This document shows, in pieces, positions 39,428 to 51,314 of a stretch of DNA of 64,000 bases. A program made the translations under genes and the position numbers. Under the pieces are notes generated by a model. That model saw nothing but the letters and a program-made list of their open reading frames with translations, searched no databases and was not told the DNA's origin. The stretch is from the NCBI GenBank assembly GCA_964016885.1, contig OZ024751.1:7068001-7132000 (forward strand), read 5' to 3'. Position 1 is the first letter of the stretch; each line of letters begins with the position of its first letter. Source of the DNA: Eledone cirrhosa. Taxonomy: Eukaryota.

Positions 39428-41497
39428 TATCTAACCAACTGGAAATCACCAGGACCAGATGATGTGCAGGGGTATTGTATCAAAAATATAACATCCCTCC
39501 ACCCGAAACTGACAAATCTACCACCACCTCCACCTAAACAACTTGTTACCGGACGAACAGAAAGGATGCCGAAAGAAGTCCCGTGGTGCAAAAACCAGTT
39601 ACTTATTGATAAGATGGTAATGAGGAATTGCAAGAGGAGACACACTGGTCTTGCCATGGGATGGATATATTACAAAAAGGCATTCGATATGGTACCTCAT
39701 TCTTCGATAACCAAAATCCTAGAGATCTTCAAGGTGGCAGATAACATCAGACAGTTGTTGAGTAAAAGTATGAAGTCCTGGGAAACAGAGTTAACATCGG
39801 GTGGAGAATCCTTGGGAGGCGTGAAGATCAAGAGAGGTATCTTCCAGGGAGATAGTTTGTCCCCCCAGTTGGTTGTCCTTGTCCTGATACCCCTGGCCAT
39901 TATACTGCGAAAGGTGAGAGCAGGATACAAGTTGGGAAAAGGAGAGTTTACCATCAACGACCTCCTCTTGATGGACGATCTTAGACTCTTTGGGAATAGT
40001 GAGAAGGAGTTAGATGTACTTGTTGACACTGTCAGTATTTTCAGCAATGATATATGTATGTAATTTGGTATTAGTAAGTGTGGAGTCCTAGTGATGAAGA
40101 GAGGTAAATTGAGCAGAAGCAACGGAATCCATGTACCAACAGGTGAGATGATAAAGGAAATTGACACTTAAGAACGATACAATTATTTAGGTGTTCTGGA
40201 GGCAGATGACATCAAGAACAAAAAAATGAAGGAATTGATAAGATCTGAGTACATTAGGAGAGTAAGGAGCGTATTAAAATCACATCTAAATAGTAGGAAT
40301 GTCATTAGTGCAGTGAATTCACGAGCTGTGTCTATTATTAGGTACAGTGTGGGAATTCTGAAATGGAATGTTGCTGAACAAAAAGAAATAGATAGGAAGA
40401 CTAGGACGCTATTGACTATTTACAACATGTTCGACAAGAGGAGTGATGTCGATAGACTCTACTTAAAGAGATCTGAAGGTGGAAGGGGTCTTATCAGCAT
40501 AGAGGACTGTGTTCAGATGGAGAAAAACCCGCACAAATACGTGACCGATAGTAGGGAGCCAATACTCAGAATTGTACTGAAGGAGAGGACAATAGACCAG
40601 GGCATGTCCAAGGAGGAAATAACAACAAGGACGAAGAGCAACCTTCATGAAAAATCCCTTCATAGTACCTTCTTTGAGAAAACTTAATTTAGAGATCCAG
40701 AGACATGGAACTGGTTAAGAAGTGGAGACTTTAAAAAGGCTACAGAAGGAATGCTAATGGCTGCGCAAGAGCAGGCACTCAAAACGAAGTGGATGAAACA
40801 CCATATTTACAAGAAGGAGGCTAGCCCACTGTGCAGGATCTGTGGAGAGAGAGAGGAGACTGTGACTCACATTGTATCCGAGGGTAACATCTAACCGAGA
40901 CTCACTATATAGTCTGGAGACATGATGTGATGGGCAGGGTGATCCACTGGCACCTATGCAAAGTAAACAATTTACCACATTCTGAGAAGTTGTATGAGCA
41001 TAAACCAGAGTCGGTGATAGAAAACGATCAGGTGAAGGTGCTATGGGATATTAGGATACAGACAAACTGGAACACAATAGGCCTGACCTGGTGGTTTTGG
41101 ACAAGGCAAAAGTATCGTGCCTGATTGTAGATGTGGCCTGCCCATTTGACACGAGAGTGCAGGAAAAGGAGAGGGAGGAAATTTACCGATATCAGGACTT
41201 TAAGTGGGTGGTAAAAAGGATTTTGAACTGCCATGAAGTTAGAGTCGTCCTGATTGTCATAGGCGCACTAGGTACTATCCCAAAGAGTTTCCAAGGATGG
41301 TTAAAGAAAGTTAGTCCAGCCCCGCTTTTTGGAACACTTCAAAAGGCATGCTTGCTGGGAACAGCAAGAACCCTCCGATACGTCCTGAATAGCTGAGGCT
41401 GCATGTAGCGGCTTGATATTCATTTCAACAAACTTTCCAGTTAAATAACATCAGTGACTGAGACTCAAATAACAATAATAATAATAATAATAATAAT
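39428..41497 (+). mobile_element. 5'-truncated R4/Dong-clade LINE (RT, CCHC finger, restriction-like endonuclease), decayed
   Basis: WKSPGPDD; YYKKAFDMVPH; GIFQGDSLSP; LMDDLRLF; RSEGGRGL; CRICGEREETVTHIVS; RHD; PDLVV..IVDVACPFD; IGALG. (TAA)n on both sides, matching the known Dong preference for TAA repeats. Confidence 0.9.
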
Positions 41498-41500
41498 TAA

Positions 41501-41585
41501 AAGAAGAAGAAGAAGAAGAAGAAGAAGAAGAAGAAGAAGAAGAAGAAGAAGAAGAAGAAGAAGAAGAAGAAGAAGAAGAAGAAGA
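41501..41585. repeat. (GAA)n microsatellite
   Basis: Pure gaa run. Confidence 0.95.
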
Positions 41586-42394
41586 ATGGTGATAATCCCA
41601 TACAAAAAATGAAATGCGATATTTTTTTTTTTTCTGAACAATTCATCTTTTCATATTCAACTGTTCAAATACATTATATGAGATTTCAGGAAATATCTTG
41701 GAGTTAATAAACAATTACTGCTGCTTTTCTAGTAAAATCCACATCGACAAATGTTTTTTTTTTTCTTCTGAAACTTCTATAGGTTTCTAATACTTAATCT
41801 CAACGATTGACGTAAACACATTATACATTTAATGTGGTGTGGTAAATAAATATATACTTATTCACTAGGTCCGAACTCAAAAGAACAAAACTCCCCCTGC
41901 TGCGCCTCTCAATATCATAAGCAAATGGAGACGCAATACGCTGGACGCTCCGCGACTCCGACATGCAATAGAGAAAGCGTTTCCCCGGATGGAAAAGCCG
42001 TTCCAGCTCGGGAGGTACACACCTGCGGGTAGCCAACACTTTGTCGATGCTGGTGAGTAGGGATGTGGTCCTAGAGTCAAGGGCCCTAGAGGTCTCTACT
42101 GTTAACACTTTTATTTCTATAATTACAATTTAATATCGACATTGGTGCTGTTATATTTAAGGTTGTCTCTCCCTTTTCATTTATTTATTCAATGTATATA
42201 CAACGTTTATTATCCCCAACAGCATGCCACCTTTTGTTTAATGGAAGTATCAATAAAATCATCACAACCACCAGCACCACCACCACCACCACCACCAGCA
42301 CCAATAGCATCTCCATCACCGTCAAAAAGCACAACTCCCCTTCCTACTACTAATGTTATTACGTATGCGCTCGTTGTTAAGACTTTAATTTCAA

Positions 42395-42452
<58 letters not shown>

Positions 42453-42488
42453 ATCTATCTATCTATCTATATATCTATCTATCTCTCA

Positions 42489-42521
<33 letters not shown>

Positions 42522-42542
42522 CTTATATATATACACGCATCA

Positions 42543-42577
<35 letters not shown>

Positions 42578-42959
42578 AACTTACACATTAATAATGACAC
42601 TGTTATATTGATTATACTCCATTGTTACTTCAAATAATTGACAATGTATGTAATATATATATCAAAATATATTTAGATTTATAGATTTATTTTTCCGGTT
42701 CTAGCAAATGTTTTCTCTATTAATGCTATTAAAGAAAGCATTATTTATACAGGAATTGTTCACCTCCTCATGGAGAGTATTAGTTATCTATGTATATGGA
42801 ATCAGTGCTAAGCGCAAACAGTACATGCTTATTATTTCTTAACAATAAACTCTCTACCAGAATTTTGTCATCAATAACAAATATTCTATACGTAGTTGCA
42901 TTACATTGTATGGCTTATATGAATATCTTAATGGCTTTGTTTACGCAATACTGTTTGTT

Positions 42960-43275
42960 TCTATGTATGTATGTCTGAATGTATGTTCGTACGATATATG
43001 TTCGTATGTACGTACGTATACATGTATGTACGTACGTACGAAATGATAATTGTACGTACGTATGCATGTATGTACGTACGTACGGAATGATGTATGCACG
43101 TACGTATGCATGTATGTACGTATGTACATAAGTACATATGTATATACGTACGCACGCACGTATGTATATGTGTACATAAGTTTGTTTGATTGTACATAAT
43201 TATGTATGTGTGTATATACGTTTTTATGTATATACGTATGCGCGTATGTATGTATGTTTGTATGTAAGTATGTAA
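42960..43275. repeat. Degenerate (TACG/TATG)n microsatellite
   Basis: tacgtacg and tatgtatg runs. Confidence 0.85.
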
Positions 43276-43319
43276 GTTGAAATATGAGTCTCTCATATTT
43301 CAACTTTGATTAAGTAGCG

Positions 43320-43700
43320 TGAAAATGGATCGTTAGTCAGTTTCTCTATGGTGAGCTGGTTGAAGGTAAACGACCAGAGGACAAACCAAAATTGAGGTGA
43401 TTGCATTAAAAGCAGACTGAGGAAGATGAACATTTTGGAGAACGACTGGGAGTACTTCTCTCTAGACTGACGTTCAATGATGGCAGGGGGAATTTAAAAG
43501 AAACCATGTTGTGCATGAACAGTTCAACCGGAGTGCTCATAAGGGATTTTAGTTTAGTTCGTCTAAATATCTTACCGTGCAGGTTGATTTAACCTGTAAA
43601 GAATGTGGCGAGTTATGTCTAAGTAGGACGGGCTTTAGAGCTAATCCGATATGCCATGTACGCTGTCAATTCTGCATTGTATGTCATTTGTGGCTGCGGA
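43320..43700 (+). mobile_element. Old 3' fragment of an RTE-like LINE
   Basis: LYGELVEGKRPEDKPKLR and TCKECGELCLSRTG (zinc-finger remnant). Confidence 0.6.
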
Positions 43701-43789
43701 GTGTGTGCCTCAATTGGTGGACAGAATAACCATTTGAAAGTGCACCAAAACAGGACGGTAACACGTACTGCGAGAGGCACTCGTTGTTG

Positions 43790-44490
43790 CAACCTTCGTG
43801 CAGGATTAAAAGGGCAGGATTATTTTCTTTCTTTTGTGCCTCTCTTTTCTTCTGTCCTACGCCATCTTGTTTTTGTGTCTATTGTGTGCTTAGTTTGCGC
43901 ATGTTACATGCGGGTGTCTGTGTGTGTTTTTATTTCTTTATTTATTTGTTTATTACACATGTTACTATTGCAAATCACAGAGGCAATAAACATAAATGAA
44001 CTCCAAACAAAATTAAATAGAAAACATGAATGGAATAGCAACATCTTAACTTACAATTAAGGACAAAATGAAAAACACACACGCACACATAGAACAAACA
44101 ACCAACTAGTAGCATGTAAATAAACAAATAAATAAAGAAATAAAAACACAGACAGACACCTGGATGTAACACATGTACAAACGAAGCACACAACACACAC
44201 ACAAATAAAATGGCGTAGGACAGAACAAAGGAGAGGTACAAAACAAAGTCACTGAAGAGGTCACATAATGTGTGACGAAAGAACTTTGACAATATATGAA
44301 CAACCGTCCGATTGGTTGTGGAACCAACTAACGAACCGGAAATTTACAAATTTCTTAAATTTATAATAAATTGGAGTGAGAGCATCTGGTGCATGTGTTT
44401 CTTATTGGCAACATGACCCTCCCAAAGTATAACAATATCGGTTTCAACACACGTGTTCAGATAAAGAATCTTGCTAAACAAATTCAGAAA

Positions 44491-44495
<5 letters not shown>
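43790..44495. repeat. HHR family of 21335-21887 with an inverted segment (43815-43970 versus 44110-44245)
   Basis: Shared sequence; intact HHR at 44248-44290. Confidence 0.82.
44248..44290 (+). ncRNA. Minimal type I hammerhead ribozyme
   Basis: Identical to 21710-21752. Confidence 0.78.
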
Positions 44496-44542
<47 letters not shown>

Positions 44543-44546
<4 letters not shown>

Positions 44547-45149
44547 TGGCTGCCAACTCGTTTTCGAGTACGGCCACTACTTTATATCCATGTAGGAGAA
44601 CCCCTACCGATGCGCTGAACGAGTGTGACTTTTTAGTCTAGCCAGAGACTTGAAAACTCTGGTACAAACACTACACCTGTGACAATTATTGACACATAGT
44701 GCTGGGCCCATGGTACCATGTGACGACAAGTGCAGAGAGATCTCCAGATATAAAGCAATGCCTGTGCCGTGAAGCTTTTATAGTGAGCAAAGGCACTGCA
44801 CAAAGCCAGTCCCACTCTCTTAACCAAGATGATATTTACCAAAAAGAAGAACAAGTCAACATCATTGGATACCATCAGGGTTGCAGGTGTTATATCAGAG
44901 TTTTCCTTCTCCTAGAATTCTGCCTTGACAAAGGCTAAGGGGTCATCTCTCCCAGTGATTTTGGATGGCCATTGACTCTTAAGAGCTCCTTTGCCCTTTG
45001 ACAGGTTTTGTTTTTAGTCCTGCAGGATGTCCAAAGTCACCCTCCTCACCAAGAAACCTTGGTGGGGTTGCCAGTTTAGTCGCCAACGACCCGACCATGA
45101 GACAGGTTGTACTGGGATACATGTTACCAGTAGCACCAACTGGTGACCT

Positions 45150-45152
<3 letters not shown>
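44543..45152 (-). mobile_element. ~600-bp non-autonomous RTE-derived element, complete, in (TA)n
   Basis: Reverse complement of 13168-13753 with high identity. Confidence 0.78.
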
Positions 45153-45185
<33 letters not shown>

Positions 45186-45599
45186 AAAATATAGATATAT
45201 ACATATAAATATAGGATTCTCGCTGAATTTATAGTTGTATTAATTTCCCGAGTCTAACAATTAACCAGTTAATTTGTTTTAGATAATTCTATTGACTGAT
45301 TAATTACTTAAGTTTATTTTAAAAACAACCTGGTCGAAAGCTTAATTCGATCTGTGCTGTTTCTGCAATTTTTGCATTGTTTTACACATACTGAATTCAT
45401 TTGCCAACATTTGGGTTTTCTCCCCTGTAGAGTTACACATGTGCTTTCAAAACACTGCGAGATTCAAAACGCTGGCGCAGAACAAAATACCTGTTGAGAA
45501 AGTGATATCCTTGTTCGATCATTATACCAAAAGCTTATTTTTTTAAGCAGACAGTATTATTGATTTATGTGTCGCACAAACCCTGTACTTGACTATACC

Positions 45600-46380
45600 A
45601 TCATTTGAAGGGTCCGGGTTAGTATTTCTAAGAGTTCTTACCGTAGTCTTCTTTGATTCAGGGTGAGATGAGTGTTTGTGTTGTCACGTGTTCTGGCGTC
45701 TGTTGTGTTGGCGAGATTGCCCACTTTTAATGCTTTTATCAGAGTTCCACAGTCTTTACTGTAATTTGCAGCATATTCGCCGAGAAATAATTGTTTCTGC
45801 TGCCATAACTTTCTTGATTTGCTTTCTTCTTTTGAGATATCTATGATCCATAGTTCTCGTAGTTTTTCAGCTATCTTGCCAGTCGTTAGCTTTGAAATTT
45901 CGACTTCAATTTGGTCATCGATAGCTTCGTATTTGGCTTTGTAGCGGGATTGTTTACAATGAGCAATGGAGTGTCGGTCCTGAATTTTGTCAATGAAAGT
46001 TCCCATCGGAGTTATGTTTCTTCTTCTGGCTCTTCTGCAATTTCTTTAATTAGGTATTTACGAGGGAGTATGGGTGCGGTAGAGAAAGCCATTTCGAGTG
46101 TGTTTTGACATATTTTTCGCATTTGTATGCTTTCCAGAAACTTTGTTTTCTTATGCTAAGAAATTTTTTCCATGTCTTCCACATTTCTTTTCCTATTCGA
46201 TGTGTTTTGTTTTCCAAATTGATTTCGTTTAGTTCTGATATTCAAGGGGAGTTGTGGTAGGCTTTCTCTTGTATCTTTGATAACTGTTGGTATAATTTCA
46301 GCTAAATTCTTACTTTCAGAGTTTCTATGTTCAGTTATAACTTTTCCCTTCTGTAGATTTTGTTTCTATTTCCTTTAAAA
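45600..46380 (-). pseudogene. Disrupted coding fragment of unknown, probably retroelement, origin (helical, Trp-containing)
   Basis: Across frameshifts: WKKFLSIRKQSFWKAYKC; PRKYLIKEIAEEPEEE; LRELWIIDISKEESKSRKLW. No catalytic motif recognised. Confidence 0.45.
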
Positions 46381-46404
46381 TAGAGGATTGTGTGTCAATC
46401 ATCG

Positions 46405-46908
46405 TGAAAACTCTAGTACAAACACTATACTTGTGACAATTATTGACACAGTGCTGGGCCCATGGTACGATGTGACGACAAGTGCAGAGAGATCTCCAGA
46501 TTTAAAGAAATGCCTGTGCTGTGAAGCTTTTATAGTGAGCAAAGGCACTGCACAAAGCCAGTCCCACTCTCTTAACCAAATGATATTCACCAAAAAGAAC
46601 GACAAGTCAACATCATTGGATACCATCAGGGTTGCAGATGTTATATCAGAGTTTTCCTTCTCCTAGAATTCTGCCTTGACAAAGGCTAAATGGTCATCTC
46701 TCCCTGTGATTTTGGATGCCCATTGACACTTAAGAGCTCCTTTTCCCATTGACAGATTTTGTTTTATTCCTGCAGGATGTCCAAAGTCACGGTCCTCAAC
46801 AAGAAATCTTGGTGGGGCTGCCAGTTTAGTCCTCAACGAACCGACCATGCGACAATTTGTACTGGGATACATGTTACCAGTAGCACCAACTGGTGACCTG
46901 ACATAACC
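46405..46908 (-). mobile_element. More diverged, 3'-truncated copy of the RTE-derived element
   Basis: Collinear with 44650-45152. Confidence 0.75.
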
Positions 46909-47018
46909 ATATATATATATATATATATATGTAAAGTTATATTTAAAATTGTTGGGTTACAACTAGTAAATATTTATAACTGATATAAAAGCACTCGACA
47001 AATATCTGGAGTATATTT

Positions 47019-47387
47019 ACAATATTAAATAAATGGAAAACTATATTTATAAAACCATATTTATTTCATTATATATATTTCGGGGATATCATATTACCAA
47101 TATGCTATGCCTTCACCAGACAAAATACAATATAAACAGTTTTATAGATAAATATATTCGACATACCGTAATAAACATCAACTTCATTTGAAGAGGTTTA
47201 CGCTAGCGTAAACCTCTTCAAATGAAGTTGATGTTTATTACGGTATGTCGAATATATTTATCTATAAAACTGTTTATATTGTATTTTGTCTGGTGAAGGC
47301 ATAGCATATTGGTAATATGATATCCCCGAAATATATATAATGAAATAAATATGGTTTTATAAATATAGTTTTCCATTTATTTAATAT

Positions 47388-47390
<3 letters not shown>
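47019..47390. repeat. Apparently perfect 372-bp palindrome with no spacer; each arm carries a degenerate HHR (47285-47344 on +)
   Basis: Centre ..gtttacgct|agcgtaaac.. at 47204/47205. Motif TTTGT-CTGGTGA-AGG..CC-GAAA-TATAT-ATA-ATGAA. Confidence 0.92.
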
Positions 47391-47442
<52 letters not shown>

Positions 47443-47444
47443 TA

Positions 47445-47493
<49 letters not shown>

Positions 47494-47498
47494 CGGTA

Positions 47499-47542
<44 letters not shown>

Positions 47543-47546
47543 GGTA

Positions 47547-47600
<54 letters not shown>

Positions 47601-47604
47601 GGTA

Positions 47605-47681
<77 letters not shown>

Positions 47682-47720
47682 ATATTAATAAATGGAAGCT
47701 ATATTATAAAACCATAATTA

Positions 47721-47781
47721 TTTTATTATATATATTTCAAGGGCAACCAAGGCAGTCTTCGTACAATTTCATCAGATAAAA
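47721..47781 (-). ncRNA. Hammerhead motif at the end of a ~2-kb extremely AT-rich element (~47678-49680) with inverted ends
   Basis: TTTTAT-CTGATGA..GAAA-TATAT-ATA-ATAAAA; stem II is poorly paired. 47678-47727 is inverted at ~49540-49590. Confidence 0.55.
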
Positions 47782-48158
47782 GACAAGATTTGTTTTATAA
47801 ATATTGACATAAACGTGGAAAAACAACCTTCGCTGGATAGTGGAAACATTTTTTATTGGGGGTAATTCAAAGTTCTGTGTGAGTATGCAAATGAATGTCC
47901 GAGAAATTGAAAAAAAACAACCGTTTCTTTAAATTATACTCTGGGAAGAAAAGAGAGAAAAGGAAGAGAGAAAAAAGAAAGAGAGAAAAGAATATTATTA
48001 TATGTAGAGTTAGAGTGAAGAAATAAAGTGAAGAAAGAAAGAGCGAAGTAATAAGCTTATCCGAGAATGAGTTTGTATATCGTAAATACGTCATATGTTT
48101 ATGTTAGATATTTATGTTACTTATATTTACTAATAATTGTTAAATTCTATTATAATAT

Positions 48159-48334
48159 TGGATGTATCGGTGGAGGGTCGGACGCCATGCTTTCCAGCAT
48201 AGTTACGTCCCTTTACGATCTGAGTTCAAATCCCGCCGAGGTTGACTTTGCCTTTCATCCTTACGGGTCGATAAAATAAAGTACCAGTAATGCACTGGAT
48301 AAATGCTGGCATTGTGCCTAAAGTAGAAACAATT
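48159..48334 (+). mobile_element. SINE family A
   Basis: Consensus match. Short TSD attataata. Confidence 0.88.
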
Positions 48335-49704
48335 ATAATAAGTATATAGAAAGTTAGATATATAAGAAAAATAAAGAGAAAGATATATTAAAAATAAAAG
48401 ATATATTAAAAATAAAAATAAAGTCATATTAAAATATATTAAGATATATTAAAATATATCTACATATATTAAAATATATTAAACATTGATTTAAATAAGT
48501 AAGAAGTAGGAGCATAGATATAAAGATAGATATATGAGTGTATAAATGGGTATATCATGTTATAGATGTTAAATTATTTAAATTAAATTAAATTAACTGA
48601 GTCAATAAGATTACCTATACGTTTAATGTTTTACATTGAAAAAATATTAAAAATGCCAGTTTTGTTTATTTATTAGTTATTATGAGATAAGTTTGACAAT
48701 GATATGTTTAAAGATATATTTAGCCAGAGTTTGTTACTCGTTGTAACTCCAATATTAAATAATTACAAAAAATTAGAAAAATTACAAAAAATTACAAAAA
48801 ATTATGAAAAAATTAGATAATTAATTAAAAGTATAAGAAAATACTAAAATCATTTAAAAATTCAGATTATAAAAATTAAGACAATAAAAAGACTTTCAAG
48901 AGATTTTTTTTTAAATCTCAAAAAGACTCCAAAGATACTCGAAAACCTTTTAAAAAGCGTTTAAAAACGTTTAAAAATTAATTAAAACCTAAAATTATTC
49001 AGGAATTATAAATATATAAAGAAATACTAAGAAATATTTGAAAATACTTAAAAAATTTTAAAATATTTAGAAATGTTTAAAATATTAGAAAAATATAAAA
49101 ATTCAAAAAATATATTAAAAATATTAGGTGACCGCAAACAAAAAATATTTTTTTGAAATGAATAATTTTTTTTTTAAATTAAAAAAAAAATGTTAAGTGA
49201 TCTTTCTAAAAGGATTATGAGATATTTTGGAAGTAAGATAAATATAAATAAAAATAAAGTTATTTAAGAAGTAAAAATATTAAAAGTAAAGATTTAAGAA
49301 GTAAATTATATATAATTTTAAGAAGTAAAATATATTAAAATTAGAATTACATTAAATTTAAATTTAAATTTAGAATTTATGAACATATATGCATATAATT
49401 TAAGAAATGAGATTATAGGTGTTTGGATAGAGTAAACATTATCTGGGAAAGATTAAACGTGTAATTATATTTTATATATATACCTAAAAGTTGAATTTTG
49501 GCGATATTTACAAGAACTAAATAAATTATTACGCAAATTAATAAAATAATTATGGTTTTATAAATATAATTTCCATTTATTAATATATTGAATATTTACT
49601 GCAGTAAATTGTTGAGTGCTTTAAATCAGTTATAAACTGTTAAGCCTGTTGGAATCCCAACAAATTAAATAAAACTTCTGCAAATATATATATATATATA
49701 TAGT

Positions 49705-49820
49705 AATTGTTTCTACTTTAGGCACAAGGCCAGCAAATCACCCAGTGCATTACTGATACTTTATTTTATCAACCCCGTAGGGATGAAAGGCAAAGTCAAC
49801 CTCGGCGGGATTTGAACTCA
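49705..49820 (-). mobile_element. 5'-truncated SINE family A
   Basis: Consensus match. TSD atatatagtaat. Confidence 0.85.
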
Positions 49821-50023
49821 GATATATAGTAATAATAATAAATTTGAAGACTAAAATCCAAAGAGGCCCCGATAAGGATAAATATATATCAAATATATAA
49901 GAACCGTAGAGCAAATATTTATTAAAATAACAGATTAAAGTTTAAGCAAAGAATAGCTGCTTTCACCCTTAACGGGATCTTCTGAAACTCATATATATAT
50001 TTGTATATATATATATATATATT

Positions 50024-50122
<99 letters not shown>

Positions 50123-50248
50123 CTATATATATATATCTATATATATATATGTATATAGATGTGTGTATATATACAAGACCACACATTTTACAAGGAAGAC
50201 ATTATTGAAAGATTGTCAACATATTTAGTTTGATGTAAGGAATGTAGA

Positions 50249-50280
<32 letters not shown>

Positions 50281-50562
50281 TTAATAATAATGCCCCTTTA
50301 CAATTGTTTCGCTACTCCATATAATATTTCTGGATCAGATGACTATGTATCATAATTGATCTGGTTCAGTTGAAAATAATTAACATATTTAAAAAAACAG
50401 AGTGGCTCATCGGAACTCAAAGGAATATAAATTTCATCCTGACGTCAATAGCCCTGTTTTTCCTCATGTGCGTTTTTCATAATCACGCATGATGGTGAAC
50501 TAGCCAGTTTTAGAATTCCCTTTTTGGCTTATAATTCTGTGAGAGCGCTGGTTATCTGTTGC

Positions 50563-50641
50563 GCTCTGCTGATGATGAATTCCAACCGTGACCATCTCCA
50601 CTGAAAGTTTTCATGAAATAGTCTTTAAGACTATACAGAAC
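50563..50641 (+). ncRNA. Type I hammerhead ribozyme (third copy of the 5228 family, within 50430-50892)
   Basis: GCTCTG-CTGATGA-TGAA..TTCA-T-GAAA-TAGTC-tttaa-GACTA-TA-CAGAAC. Within the core it differs from the 5228 copy only at the free N position (CTGACGA versus CTGATGA). Confidence 0.75.
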
Positions 50642-50887
50642 ATTTGATGTTTTTCCAAATTGAAGGATGAGTATTTTAGACTTTATTTTATCATGAGTTA
50701 TGGGTCTATTGTTTTTTCCCTGGATTTCACTAAATTCTGTGGATGAATTTGTATCCTGATTCTCTTCAGAGAAGAGTTTGAATTATTTTTCCTACATCTT
50801 ACGTTAACTATTTTTCCCATCTTGACGACATAGTCTCATATATGTTATAGAATACTATTAGATTCACGCTAAAACAATTTCTATACC

Positions 50888-51006
<119 letters not shown>

Positions 51007-51041
51007 TATACACACATATATATATATATACATTTATATAT

Positions 51042-51084
<43 letters not shown>

Positions 51085-51099
51085 TATATATATATATGG

Positions 51100-51197
<98 letters not shown>

Positions 51198-51216
51198 GGG
51201 TGCATATATATATAAA

Positions 51217-51253
<37 letters not shown>

Positions 51254-51314
51254 GGGTGTGAATATATATATATATGTGTGTGTGTATATATATGTGTGTT
51301 TGCATATAAATATA

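Noticed and set aside
47432-47615. CRISPR-like regularly spaced short repeats (also 32552-32696)
   Set aside because: The spacers are pure (TA)n, the context is eukaryotic and there are no cas genes.
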